A stretch of 63,682 bases of DNA from a virus. Its lineage: Duplodnaviria; Caudoviricetes. A program made the position numbers and the translations under genes. Under the pieces are notes generated by a model. The model saw nothing but the letters and a program-made list of their open reading frames with translations, was not told where the DNA came from and did not search any database. Where the stretch lies: positions 1 through 63,682 of IMG/VR virus record IMGVR_UViG_3300048541_000245. One strand, 5' to 3'. Shown piece after piece: positions 27,110 through 34,392 of the stretch (position 1 is its first letter; each line of letters starts with the position of its first letter).

Positions 27110-27281
27110 GAGAATGATTCCCATTCTCATTCTCAATAGTAATTGCAAATGAGTCGCAATAAGCAGTGGTACACCAGTACTACCCTAATTGAGAATGATA
27201 ATCATTATCATTTTCTAAAGTAGTACATTTGTACTGTAGGTATTTTTACCTAGTACATTTGTACTATAGAACATTTGTACT
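27110..27281. promoter_or_regulatory. Array of Fur-box-like sites and four LexA boxes
   Basis: GAGAATGATTCCCATTCTC (27110), GAGAATGATAATCATTATC (27191, 18/19 to the canonical Fur box); LexA matches at 27168, 27222, 27252, 27268. Confidence 0.7.
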
Positions 27282-27431
27282 GTTCACTATCACTCTAGTG
27301 ATACTTGGGGTCGGGCCACGCTCTGTATCAATTATCTTAAAAAAGCACGATATCGTTACAGTATCGTTACGCCGCCGACACGGCAGACAGAAATTATCTT
27401 AAAACTTCATCTCATCTTTTTCAAAAGGTGT

Positions 27432-27520
27432 CCTGAGGATACCCCCCTAATTTTTATTTTAAGGAGCAAAACCCTGCCGCCGGAATGGATCTTAACTTTA
27501 GGGGGTTACCTGAGGATACC
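27432..27520. repeat. Two copies of the iteron core CCTGAGGATACC
   Basis: At 27432 and 27509; same core as the repeats at 49592-49686. Confidence 0.75.
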
Positions 27521-27603
27521 CCTCTAGTAAGAAAGAAAAAGAAGCAAAAAGAAAGAACTATTATAGGAGTATTAATGTTTTATGTTTACTTACTCTATGA
27601 TCA

Positions 27604-27696
27604 ATAACTAGTTATATATAATATATATAATATATATCTATTATATAATATATATAATATAATACATTAACTAGTTAATTCTAATAACTAGTTATC
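27604..27696. repeat. Extremely AT-rich tract flanked by TAACTAGTTA palindromes (unwinding-element candidate)
   Basis: About 50 nt of almost pure A/T; three TAACTAGTTA copies. Confidence 0.6.
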
Positions 27697-28119
27697 ATTA
27701 ACCTGTTTCAATATTAAAGAGTTAATGATAGTAAACCCAGTATATTAGACAGGGTAATAAGATAAAGATAATAGTAAGGGTAAGGGGTTTTAGTGAAAGA
27801 AGGAGATATAAGATAAATACCTAAGGATGTATAGAGAAAGCAAGTAAAGAGTAATAGAGATAAAAGTAGAGATAAAGCTAGATAAAACCATAACTGGTAT
27901 CTGTAAGGCTTTGTAATAGGGTTGAAATACGATTTATGGGGAAACGTACCTAAGTACCCTATTGATGGCCTTCTAGCGTCTTACAGACGCAATACACGGC
28001 CATCTAGCAACTAATAATCACCCCACACTGCAGAAGAATAAAAAAAATTAAGAAAAAAAATTTAATAACTGGGTCATGCGGTCTCATAAAGCTAGGTATT
28101 TATACTTAGGTATAAAGGC

Positions 28120-28148
28120 TTGCCGACGAGAATCAGTTGTGATATGAT
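28120..28148 (+). promoter_or_regulatory. Sigma70-type promoter with extended -10
   Basis: TTGCCG-17 nt-TATGAT, with TGn. Confidence 0.7.
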
Positions 28149-28172
28149 GAGTCGAAACAATTTTGAATCACT

Positions 28173-28358
28173 ATGACAAAAGTTTTACAGCGTTCGCCAC
28201 ATGGCAAAAAGGACAAAGGTTGGTGGATTGTCACTGATGGTAATATTTTTTGGGGGCAGACAGCTAAGCCTGGTTATGGTTACGGTCCTTCTATCGGATT
28301 CGATACCAAGGAAGAAGCCGTTGAATTCGCTGTATCCGAGGGACTATTTTCCGAATAA
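28173..28358 (+). CDS. Hypothetical protein
   Basis: ORF after the promoter. Confidence 0.6.
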   Translation: MTKVLQRSPHGKKDKGWWIVTDGNIFWGQTAKPGYGYGPSIGFDTKEEAVEFAVSEGLFSE

Positions 28359-28561
28359 TGTATCAAAACCAATTTGAAGTTCTTGTTACCCCTGAGAACA
28401 GGAAATTAATCGAACAAATCAATCGTGGTGTAGAGCTAGACCAGTACGTTTCTCTTCATTGGAAAGAGATCACCCACATCAAAAAATTGCTACGTGCTGC
28501 AACAAGGACAGAGCTAGCTGTTGTTCTTGACGAGCTACTAGAAATCCAGGCATCATCTTAA
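28358..28561 (+). CDS. Hypothetical protein
   Basis: TAATG coupling. Confidence 0.6.
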   Translation: MYQNQFEVLVTPENRKLIEQINRGVELDQYVSLHWKEITHIKKLLRAATRTELAVVLDELLEIQASS

Positions 28562-28568
28562 TTTTTCA

Positions 28569-28766
28569 ATGTTTAGAACTGTACGATCTGTCTACTGGGC
28601 TCTACACATCAAAGGTGGTTATCTCGAGAAAAAGTTCGAGAATAAAACATTCCAATATGCTCCTCATTTAACAGAAGATGATAAGAGCAGACCATATGGA
28701 TTTTTAACCCGTACCGAACTATTGGAGTGGGCTAAAGCCAACCTTTTAGCTAATCGGAAAAATTGA
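28569..28766 (+). CDS. Hypothetical protein
   Basis: ORF in the operon. Confidence 0.55.
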   Translation: MFRTVRSVYWALHIKGGYLEKKFENKTFQYAPHLTEDDKSRPYGFLTRTELLEWAKANLLANRKN

Positions 28767-28793
28767 ACAAGGTGTACCAACGGCAGGTAACAA

Positions 28794-29456
28794 TTGGAAC
28801 CGCCGATTATTCCAAGTTTTGATATTCCAGCTGAAGCATTTATACCTGTTCCTGCAGTTGAACTACCAACAGCAGATCAATTAGAGTATGAATCTATTTT
28901 TGTACCCCAAACGGTATCACCTGGATCGATTCAACAACTTTTGAACCCGAGGGCAAGGGAAGAGACTTCAAGTCAGGAGACGGAACAGGAAGAGACTGAA
29001 CCTTCTCAAGAAGAGCCTGAGACTCAGCAAGAAGACGCAACTGAGGAGAAAAGTATTGATAAACTGCTAGAAGAGGTACGACGCTACCAAGTACAAAGCC
29101 CAAGGATAGATACGCTAAACGGATGGCCATTTGAAGAGGAGCCAATAGAACCTATTGTTCCTGAAGTACCTAAAACAGAAACAGTAGAAGGTGTAGTAAC
29201 AGTGCAAGTGTTAGGTATAGCGTTACCAATGCCAGCACCAGAAATTTTAGTAGCTGCCGGTGCAACAGCTGGTGTTTCAGTCGCAGCAACATTGGCAAGC
29301 ACATCAATATTGAAGAAAGTAACAGGTATTATGAAACCAATAATTAAACAAATTATTGCTCGCCTGCAGAAGAAGAAGCTTGTGAAGTTGACTTGGGCTC
29401 GAGAGCGATTGGTACAACGTCGGCACAAACGACTGAATAAGGACTCTCCGGCCTAA
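28794..29456 (+). CDS. Acidic protein with a C-terminal membrane segment (cyanophage type)
   Basis: E/P-rich N-terminus; LPMPAPEILVAAGATAGVSVAATL...MKPIIKQ. Confidence 0.65.
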   Translation: MEPPIIPSFDIPAEAFIPVPAVELPTADQLEYESIFVPQTVSPGSIQQLLNPRAREETSSQETEQEETEPSQEEPETQQEDATEEKSIDKLLEEVRRYQVQSPRIDTLNGWPFEEEPIEPIVPEVPKTETVEGVVTVQVLGIALPMPAPEILVAAGATAGVSVAATLASTSILKKVTGIMKPIIKQIIARLQKKKLVKLTWARERLVQRRHKRLNKDSPA

Positions 29457-29890
29457 ACATAAAGCCTTTCTCTAATAATTCAGCACATTTCAATGCTCGA
29501 ATCAATGAATAATCAAGGCGTTCTTTCTGTAAACGTTTTTTAGCCAATGACTTACATAGCTCAACCATTCCTCCATCTAAAGGAAAACTAAAGGTCATTT
29601 GTATTCCAAAATTTTGATTACGAACGTACTCTGGATGCACGTCGTTACCAAGATAAAAAGGAGTAAAAGTTAAAGTGCTTGAATTACAATAATGACCTTG
29701 AGAAAACCCTTGTTCAGAATATCCACCTTGATTAATCTGCACAGCTTGGTTACTAACTGAGCCGCTACTTGTAGCGATTGGGTTAGCAGTAGCCGTTGAC
29801 TCTTGAGCGTTAACTTTTAAATTAGATGGTAAAAAAAATATTACTGGGAGAACACCGATAGCGAGTTTTTGGTAGAAGTTTGTTCGATTG
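29353..29890 (-). CDS. Exported cyanophage-type protein; start uncertain
   Basis: Signal-like segment then ANPIATSSGSVSNQAVQ...RALKCAEL; the N-terminal part of the 298 aa track ORF overlaps another gene. Confidence 0.55.
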
Positions 29891-30200
29891 TTCTGGTGAT
29901 GTCCTCTGTTTCGATGACCCCTGCTGTTCTCTCCACAATCTCGAATTGGAATTCTTCTCCAGCAGTCGTTACTGAATACGTGGTTCCATCCGCGCCAACT
30001 GCACCACTCGGAGTGATGTTGAAGCCTGAATAACTGGTGTAGGCCCCACCCATCCGTTCGATGGCAATCGTTTCGTCGATTGTGGTTTCGGTAACCGTCG
30101 TCGAGGTCATGCTGCCCTGAGTGAAGTTGGGGTAAGTTTGCGCTTGTACTGCAGGCCCCAGGAATGCCGTCGCACTCATCAATAAAAGCCATTTTTTCAT
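29841..30200 (-). CDS. Exported cyanophage-type protein with signal peptide
   Basis: MKKWLLL...PNFTQGSMTSTT...SLSVFSQ. Confidence 0.7.
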   Translation of the reverse strand: MKKWLLLMSATAFLGPAVQAQTYPNFTQGSMTSTTVTETTIDETIAIERMGGAYTSYSGFNITPSGAVGADGTTYSVTTAGEEFQFEIVERTAGVIETEDITRTIEQTSTKNSLSVFSQ

Positions 30201-30436
30201 GGTTTTGTTGTTGGTTGTAATTCCTTCTTAGTCTTCTTATCTGCATCATTGCCTGACTGGTTCGATCTTGTTATTCCGTAATGTGCCAAACATCCAGTAA
30301 AAATACTGGCGACAAAGGTTGGATCAGCTTTAATAATATTTAAATATCCTGCCGTCAGGATGGTCGCAGACCAGCCAAGCACGGATAAGTGTACTACTGC
30401 TGCAATACGACTGGATGAGTCCTTTTCGTTCTCCAT
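30197..30436 (-). CDS. Small two-TM membrane protein
   Basis: VLGWSATILT...DPTFVASIFTG; ATG 30436 with a late motif variant 20 nt upstream. Confidence 0.65.
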   Translation of the reverse strand: MENEKDSSSRIAAVVHLSVLGWSATILTAGYLNIIKADPTFVASIFTGCLAHYGITRSNQSGNDADKKTKKELQPTTKP

Positions 30437-30467
30437 GCCTATTGAAGCGACTAGTTTAAGCTTCCAT

Positions 30468-30496
30468 TTGACAGCAGCAAAAAGAAGGGTTAATGT
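30468..30496 (+). promoter_or_regulatory. Sigma70-type promoter
   Basis: TTGACA-17 nt-TAATGT. Confidence 0.6.
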
Positions 30497-30523
30497 AGAC
30501 AGACACCAACAGGGACTAATCCC

Positions 30524-30814
30524 ATGGCAACACCAACACCAAAGCAAGAATTGATTCGCAAGATCATTGCTGAAGCTGGATCACAATTTGTTCGCGTCGG
30601 CTTTTACAAGAAGAACGGGGAGCAGCGTTTCGTTACGTTCAACCCCAAAGACTTCAATGAAATCAAGGGTACTGGCAAGGCTTCTACCAATCCAGACCTG
30701 ATTAAGGTTCGTGAGGTGCAGAACAAAGAGGAGGGTAAGACTACATGGCGTAGTTTTAGCATTGAACGATTGTTTTCAATCAAATCAAATGGTAACGAGA
30801 TCACATTCCAATGA
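30524..30814 (+). CDS. Small WYL/SH3-like protein
   Basis: VGFYKKNGEQR...WRSFSIERL pattern. Confidence 0.5.
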   Translation: MATPTPKQELIRKIIAEAGSQFVRVGFYKKNGEQRFVTFNPKDFNEIKGTGKASTNPDLIKVREVQNKEEGKTTWRSFSIERLFSIKSNGNEITFQ

Positions 30815-31038
30815 AGAACTCAACAATGACTGATTACAGTAAGCGCCGTCCCTTTGCTGTACGAGCAAACGAAACAACTCCTGCAATCGTCGATCAGATC
30901 GCAAAAGATCTCGGCTGTTTCCGTATTACAGGTGAAGGCGTGCTCGCAGGAGCCTGTGGGGTGATGCTTGACAAGATTGCAAGCGGCGATCTCAAGGTCG
31001 TCGTCTCAGAACAGAAGCCTCATCTAACTGACCCATGA
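30811..31038 (+). CDS. Hypothetical protein
   Basis: Coupled ORF followed by a terminator. Confidence 0.55.
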   Translation: MKNSTMTDYSKRRPFAVRANETTPAIVDQIAKDLGCFRITGEGVLAGACGVMLDKIASGDLKVVVSEQKPHLTDP

Positions 31039-31047
31039 CCATCTAAG

Positions 31048-31077
31048 AAAAAAAAAGGGGCTAACGCCCCTTTTTTA
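31048..31077. terminator. Bidirectional terminator
   Basis: A-run, GGGGC-TAAC-GCCCC, T-run between convergent genes. Confidence 0.85.
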
Positions 31078-31103
31078 TGCTCTTTATATACGCGAGGACA
31101 AAA

Positions 31104-31259
31104 TTAAGGACAATCAGGATGAATATTACCTTGGCTGCAAAACACTTTCATCTCTTCTGTTAAAACAGGAAAAGCAATTGATCTTTCAACAATATGTACA
31201 AACAACATAAATGAAACGCCGGCAGCAAAAGATAACCAAAGTTCTTTGGATTTTGACAT
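31104..31259 (-). CDS. Small membrane protein (51 aa)
   Basis: MSKSKELWLSFAAGVSFMLFV...; downstream of the promoter at 31294-31322. Confidence 0.5.
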   Translation of the reverse strand: MSKSKELWLSFAAGVSFMLFVHIVERSIAFPVLTEEMKVFCSQGNIHPDCP

Positions 31260-31293
31260 GAATAGTTAATTGATTTGGATTTAACTTAAATCA

Positions 31294-31322
31294 AGTATAA
31301 GGCCAACACGGTTGTGTGTCAA
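31294..31322 (-). promoter_or_regulatory. Sigma70-type promoter
   Basis: TTGACA-17 nt-TATACT on the minus strand. Confidence 0.75.
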
Positions 31323-31463
31323 GTTCCCAATCCTCCTTTGGATGAGATTGCACATATTCTTCAAACAGTTTCTTAACAACACTTATGTCAAGATCTAATT
31401 CGCTGGCTGCTTTTGCAACATTTACTTTGCCGCAAAAGATAGCGCGTAACTGTTTTTCGATGG

Positions 31464-31754
31464 TCACCATTTCGTGCGATTTGCCCAGTATGCTGCTGAC
31501 ATTTTACCTCTCTTAATATTTTTAGCATGACGTGCTTTAAATGAAGCCCTTTTATCTTTCATTGCTTGGCTTTCACCAGCCTTTGGCTTTCCGGCTGTAC
31601 TTGCACCTTGCTGACCAAAACGAATCGTCTTTACCTTGCTACCTTCTTTTGCTACAACGATGTGGCTTTTCTTGGGATGACTTGGTGTTCTTTTTGGTTT
31701 GTTGTAGCCCGATACCCCAGCCCTTTTAAGCCGTGAGTCTTTCTTTTCGGCCAT
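31464..31754 (-). CDS. Conserved-type basic phage protein (IRFGQQG...SFKARH...SAAYWA)
   Basis: Motif pattern typical of a widespread phage family. Confidence 0.7.
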   Translation of the reverse strand: MAEKKDSRLKRAGVSGYNKPKRTPSHPKKSHIVVAKEGSKVKTIRFGQQGASTAGKPKAGESQAMKDKRASFKARHAKNIKRGKMSAAYWANRTKW

Positions 31755-31909
31755 TATTTTTTCCTCTTCTTAGCAGTCTTTGCAGCCTTCTTAAAGGCAC
31801 TGGCAGACGGGGCTCCTTTGCTTCCTGGCTTACGCATCTTTTCGTCGCTTCCAGCTTTAATACGCTTCCTTTTGGCGTGGATATTTGAGTAAAGCCCCCG
31901 TTTAGCCAT
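31754..31909 (-). CDS. Small basic protein MAKRGLYSNIHAKRKRIKAGS...
   Basis: 51 aa manual translation; TAATG coupling. Confidence 0.65.
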   Translation of the reverse strand: MAKRGLYSNIHAKRKRIKAGSDEKMRKPGSKGAPSASAFKKAAKTAKKRKK

Positions 31910-31918
31910 AATAAAACC

Positions 31919-32473
31919 TTATCTGTCAGTAGGCTTCCTTGGGATAATCATCTCATCATCAAAAATAAATTCAGTTGGTGTTGCTAAGATGCTTGCCATT
32001 ACACAATAATTGTAGTTCAGGGCTACTTTATTTTCACCGCTACCAAAGTAAGTAAGGCTAAACTCTGGATCAAAAAAGACACGAACCCGAGTAGGAATAA
32101 CTCCACACCAGCCCAAAGCGTTCAACAGACCATTTAAACGTTCTTTAGTGGTGTCTGATGGGTTACCGTTATGGTCATAAACGCCGCCGGCAAAAACAAA
32201 TACCTTATCAAAATCTTTGTTGTCGTCAGTTCTTGTAACACGCAAGATAGGGTTACCTTGGATAGAAACTGTAAGGGTGCAGTCTTCATCTACCTCAACA
32301 TTCGTATTAGAAAATGACCATTCTGTCGGCTCCGGTTTTCTAATGTAATTAACGACTTCATCGACAGTTCTTTGCGTCACCATCCGAAAGTTGCTAGACT
32401 TGACGGCAACAAATTTAGTTGGAGCTGAAGGAAGGGTTACTGCGCTTAAAGGATTTTGGATTGAAGTGTTCAT
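31919..32473 (-). CDS. Hypothetical protein
   Basis: TTKERLNGLL motif; ATG 32473. Confidence 0.6.
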   Translation of the reverse strand: MNTSIQNPLSAVTLPSAPTKFVAVKSSNFRMVTQRTVDEVVNYIRKPEPTEWSFSNTNVEVDEDCTLTVSIQGNPILRVTRTDDNKDFDKVFVFAGGVYDHNGNPSDTTKERLNGLLNALGWCGVIPTRVRVFFDPEFSLTYFGSGENKVALNYNYCVMASILATPTEFIFDDEMIIPRKPTDR

Positions 32474-32521
32474 GAATGGTTTAGTTAGACCGATCCACAA
32501 TACGCTAAAACAACCTAAAAA

Positions 32522-32698
32522 TCAATCGTGGGTAGAGCGATTGACATACTGATCAGCAGTTTTAAGCATTTCTTCTGGTATCTCGTAGGTAAAGAATTTA
32601 TTCCCACAATTTGGGCACTCGCGATAGCGCCTAACAGTAGTCTCCATACGCCATGATTGGGTCAGATTTGTGATGTGGCCGCAGAGAAAACAATCCAT
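32522..32698 (-). CDS. NrdR N-terminal-like Zn-ribbon protein (58 aa)
   Basis: MDCFLCG...VRRYRECPNCGNKFFTYE. Confidence 0.65.
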   Translation of the reverse strand: MDCFLCGHITNLTQSWRMETTVRRYRECPNCGNKFFTYEIPEEMLKTADQYVNRSTHD

Positions 32699-32711
32699 AA
32701 CAAGAAAAAAA

Positions 32712-32795
32712 TGCGAGTAGAGAGACTTGAACTCTCACAACCTAAAGGTCAACAGATTTTAAGTCTGGTGCGTCTACCGATTCCGCCATACTCGC
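32712..32795 (-). tRNA. trnL: tRNA-Leu(UAA), intronless, no encoded CCA
   Basis: GCGAGTA acceptor, GGCGGAATCGGTAGACGC D arm, CCAGA-CTTAAAA-TCTG anticodon arm, long variable arm, GTTCAAGT T loop. Confidence 0.95.
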
Positions 32796-33356
32796 GTAGT
32801 TGGGATGGTCTACCTTCCAAGTATAACCGTTCTCGTCTAAAATAACATCGCCGCTGTGATAACCAAAATGGCAAGTTGCACATAACAAGTCACACTTATC
32901 AAGTTCTTCTTCTCTTCTGACTCGGTTCCAACTTGACATTCTGTTCCAATCACCTTCTTTTTCAGTTGGATTTCTGTGGTGAAATTGCAAAGAACTGAAG
33001 CATTTATTAAAACCGCAGCACTGACACTCCCCTCCGAGATAAGCAACAGCTTCCCGTTTCATCTTTGGTCTATCTTTTTGGCCATTGTTATTGCTAACAT
33101 TTCGCGGAGAATTTTTTCTTTGTTCTAATATTTTTTTCTTATTTTTTGCATAATAATTTTTACAACGCTCCCTGTCGCGTTCAAAATTTTTATTTGCTAC
33201 CTCAGTTCGACAAGCGATGCATTGGCGTGTCAATTCATCTAACTGAGACCTGTCACGATGAAAAAAAAGTGCAGTAGCTGGCTTAGAGATTTTGCATCTT
33301 GTGCAAGTCTTATAAACAACTTCAGTTAAGTTGCGACCATCTATGCTTTGAACCAC
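32742..33356 (-). CDS. HNH homing-type endonuclease whose C-terminus reads into the tRNA
   Basis: CTRC...CIAC Zn site; LGGECQCCG...LQFHHRNP...CDLLCATCH. Confidence 0.85.
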   Translation of the reverse strand: MVQSIDGRNLTEVVYKTCTRCKISKPATALFFHRDRSQLDELTRQCIACRTEVANKNFERDRERCKNYYAKNKKKILEQRKNSPRNVSNNNGQKDRPKMKREAVAYLGGECQCCGFNKCFSSLQFHHRNPTEKEGDWNRMSSWNRVRREEELDKCDLLCATCHFGYHSGDVILDENGYTWKVDHPNYASMAESVDAPDLKSVDL

Positions 33357-33374
33357 TTAGCAACTGTCGTTTCT

Positions 33375-33584
33375 TCATTGTAACGTCAGCTTAAGTAAAA
33401 ATACAGTCAATAACGTCATCCAATATCCAGAACCAAATGTTGCAGATACAGCCCATGCCGCCAGGAACACAGATCCAAAGTAATAGATCCCAAATAGCAA
33501 AATCAAAGCTAAAGCGACTACAGACCCTGATTTCTCCTGTGTGCTCTCAACAAGTTGCCAAAACCCTTCCGTATCTTGCTGCAT
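33375..33584 (-). CDS. Small membrane protein
   Basis: Two hydrophobic segments. Confidence 0.55.
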   Translation of the reverse strand: MQQDTEGFWQLVESTQEKSGSVVALALILLFGIYYFGSVFLAAWAVSATFGSGYWMTLLTVFLLKLTLQ

Positions 33585-33648
33585 TGAAATCTAATAGGAT
33601 AGATTGCCTTCTTATAGTGTAACGTGATAACTAACGATCCAGGTGTAA

Positions 33649-33825
33649 TCACTTTTTCTTCCTCCCTTTCGTTCCCTTTTGCTTTCGTATCGCTTCAATA
33701 ACTTCTTTCTTTTTTCTTACGGTTTCAATAGCTTTGTCGACGGCTTCATCACGGCCTGGACTTTCTAGATTTAAACGATTTAATGTTTCAGTCCAGAACT
33801 GACGGTCGAAAGTTCCACCACTCAT
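33649..33825 (-). CDS. Hypothetical protein (LESPG motif)
   Basis: ATGA overlap with the upstream gene. Confidence 0.55.
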   Translation of the reverse strand: MSGGTFDRQFWTETLNRLNLESPGRDEAVDKAIETVRKKKEVIEAIRKQKGTKGRKKK

Positions 33826-34172
33826 GATTGCAATTTCGGATACGGCTTTCCATTTGGCACTTTGCTGTACCACCAACGCTTTTCTTCGCCATTTAACCGG
33901 TTTTGATATAAGGTCAAAACTTGATTCCACTGGTCACCATGTAAATCTCTTGCCAGTACATAATAGCTCGGACACCTTGAGGCAGCTAAATCCGGGACGA
34001 ATCTTTTACCGACCCTATTCCAGCTTGGTTGCTTGCCTTTCCATCTAATATTGCAGCTCGGCCATGGCAATTCTTCTCGGTCGAATAACTGGCAGCACGG
34101 TCCTATTACTTGATACACAAATGATCCTGCCGGCGAACGCAAGAACTTACCTGTTTGTTCAGGATGCATCAA
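33822..34172 (-). CDS. Hypothetical protein, cyanobacterial type
   Basis: DREELPWPSC..WKGKQPSWNR. Confidence 0.65.
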   Translation of the reverse strand: MMHPEQTGKFLRSPAGSFVYQVIGPCCQLFDREELPWPSCNIRWKGKQPSWNRVGKRFVPDLAASRCPSYYVLARDLHGDQWNQVLTLYQNRLNGEEKRWWYSKVPNGKPYPKLQS

Positions 34173-34369
34173 GCTGACTCGCTGATCTCCCGCAATGAAA
34201 TAATATTCATACCATCATTGACTAGAACTTCAGTCAAGCAATGCTCAATATCTTTCGTAAAGGCAACCATTTCTACCAAGTCAGGAAATTGCATCTCGCA
34301 AATTGACTGCCCCTCTTCACAAAACTGATCGGCATAATCAGGAAGAAATTCAAACCGTGCGATGATCAT
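34169..34369 (-). CDS. Hypothetical protein
   Basis: Coupled ORF. Confidence 0.5.
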   Translation of the reverse strand: MIIARFEFLPDYADQFCEEGQSICEMQFPDLVEMVAFTKDIEHCLTEVLVNDGMNIISLREISESA

Positions 34370-34392
34370 AATTAATGCCTGTTATTTATAGT

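Noticed and set aside
27355-27370. RpaB HLR1 or Pho box from the GTTAC direct repeats
   Set aside because: The 11 bp period does not fit HLR1 and the sequence does not fit the cyanobacterial Pho box
32712-32795. tRNA as attP for integration
   Set aside because: No integrase recognised anywhere in the apparently complete genome
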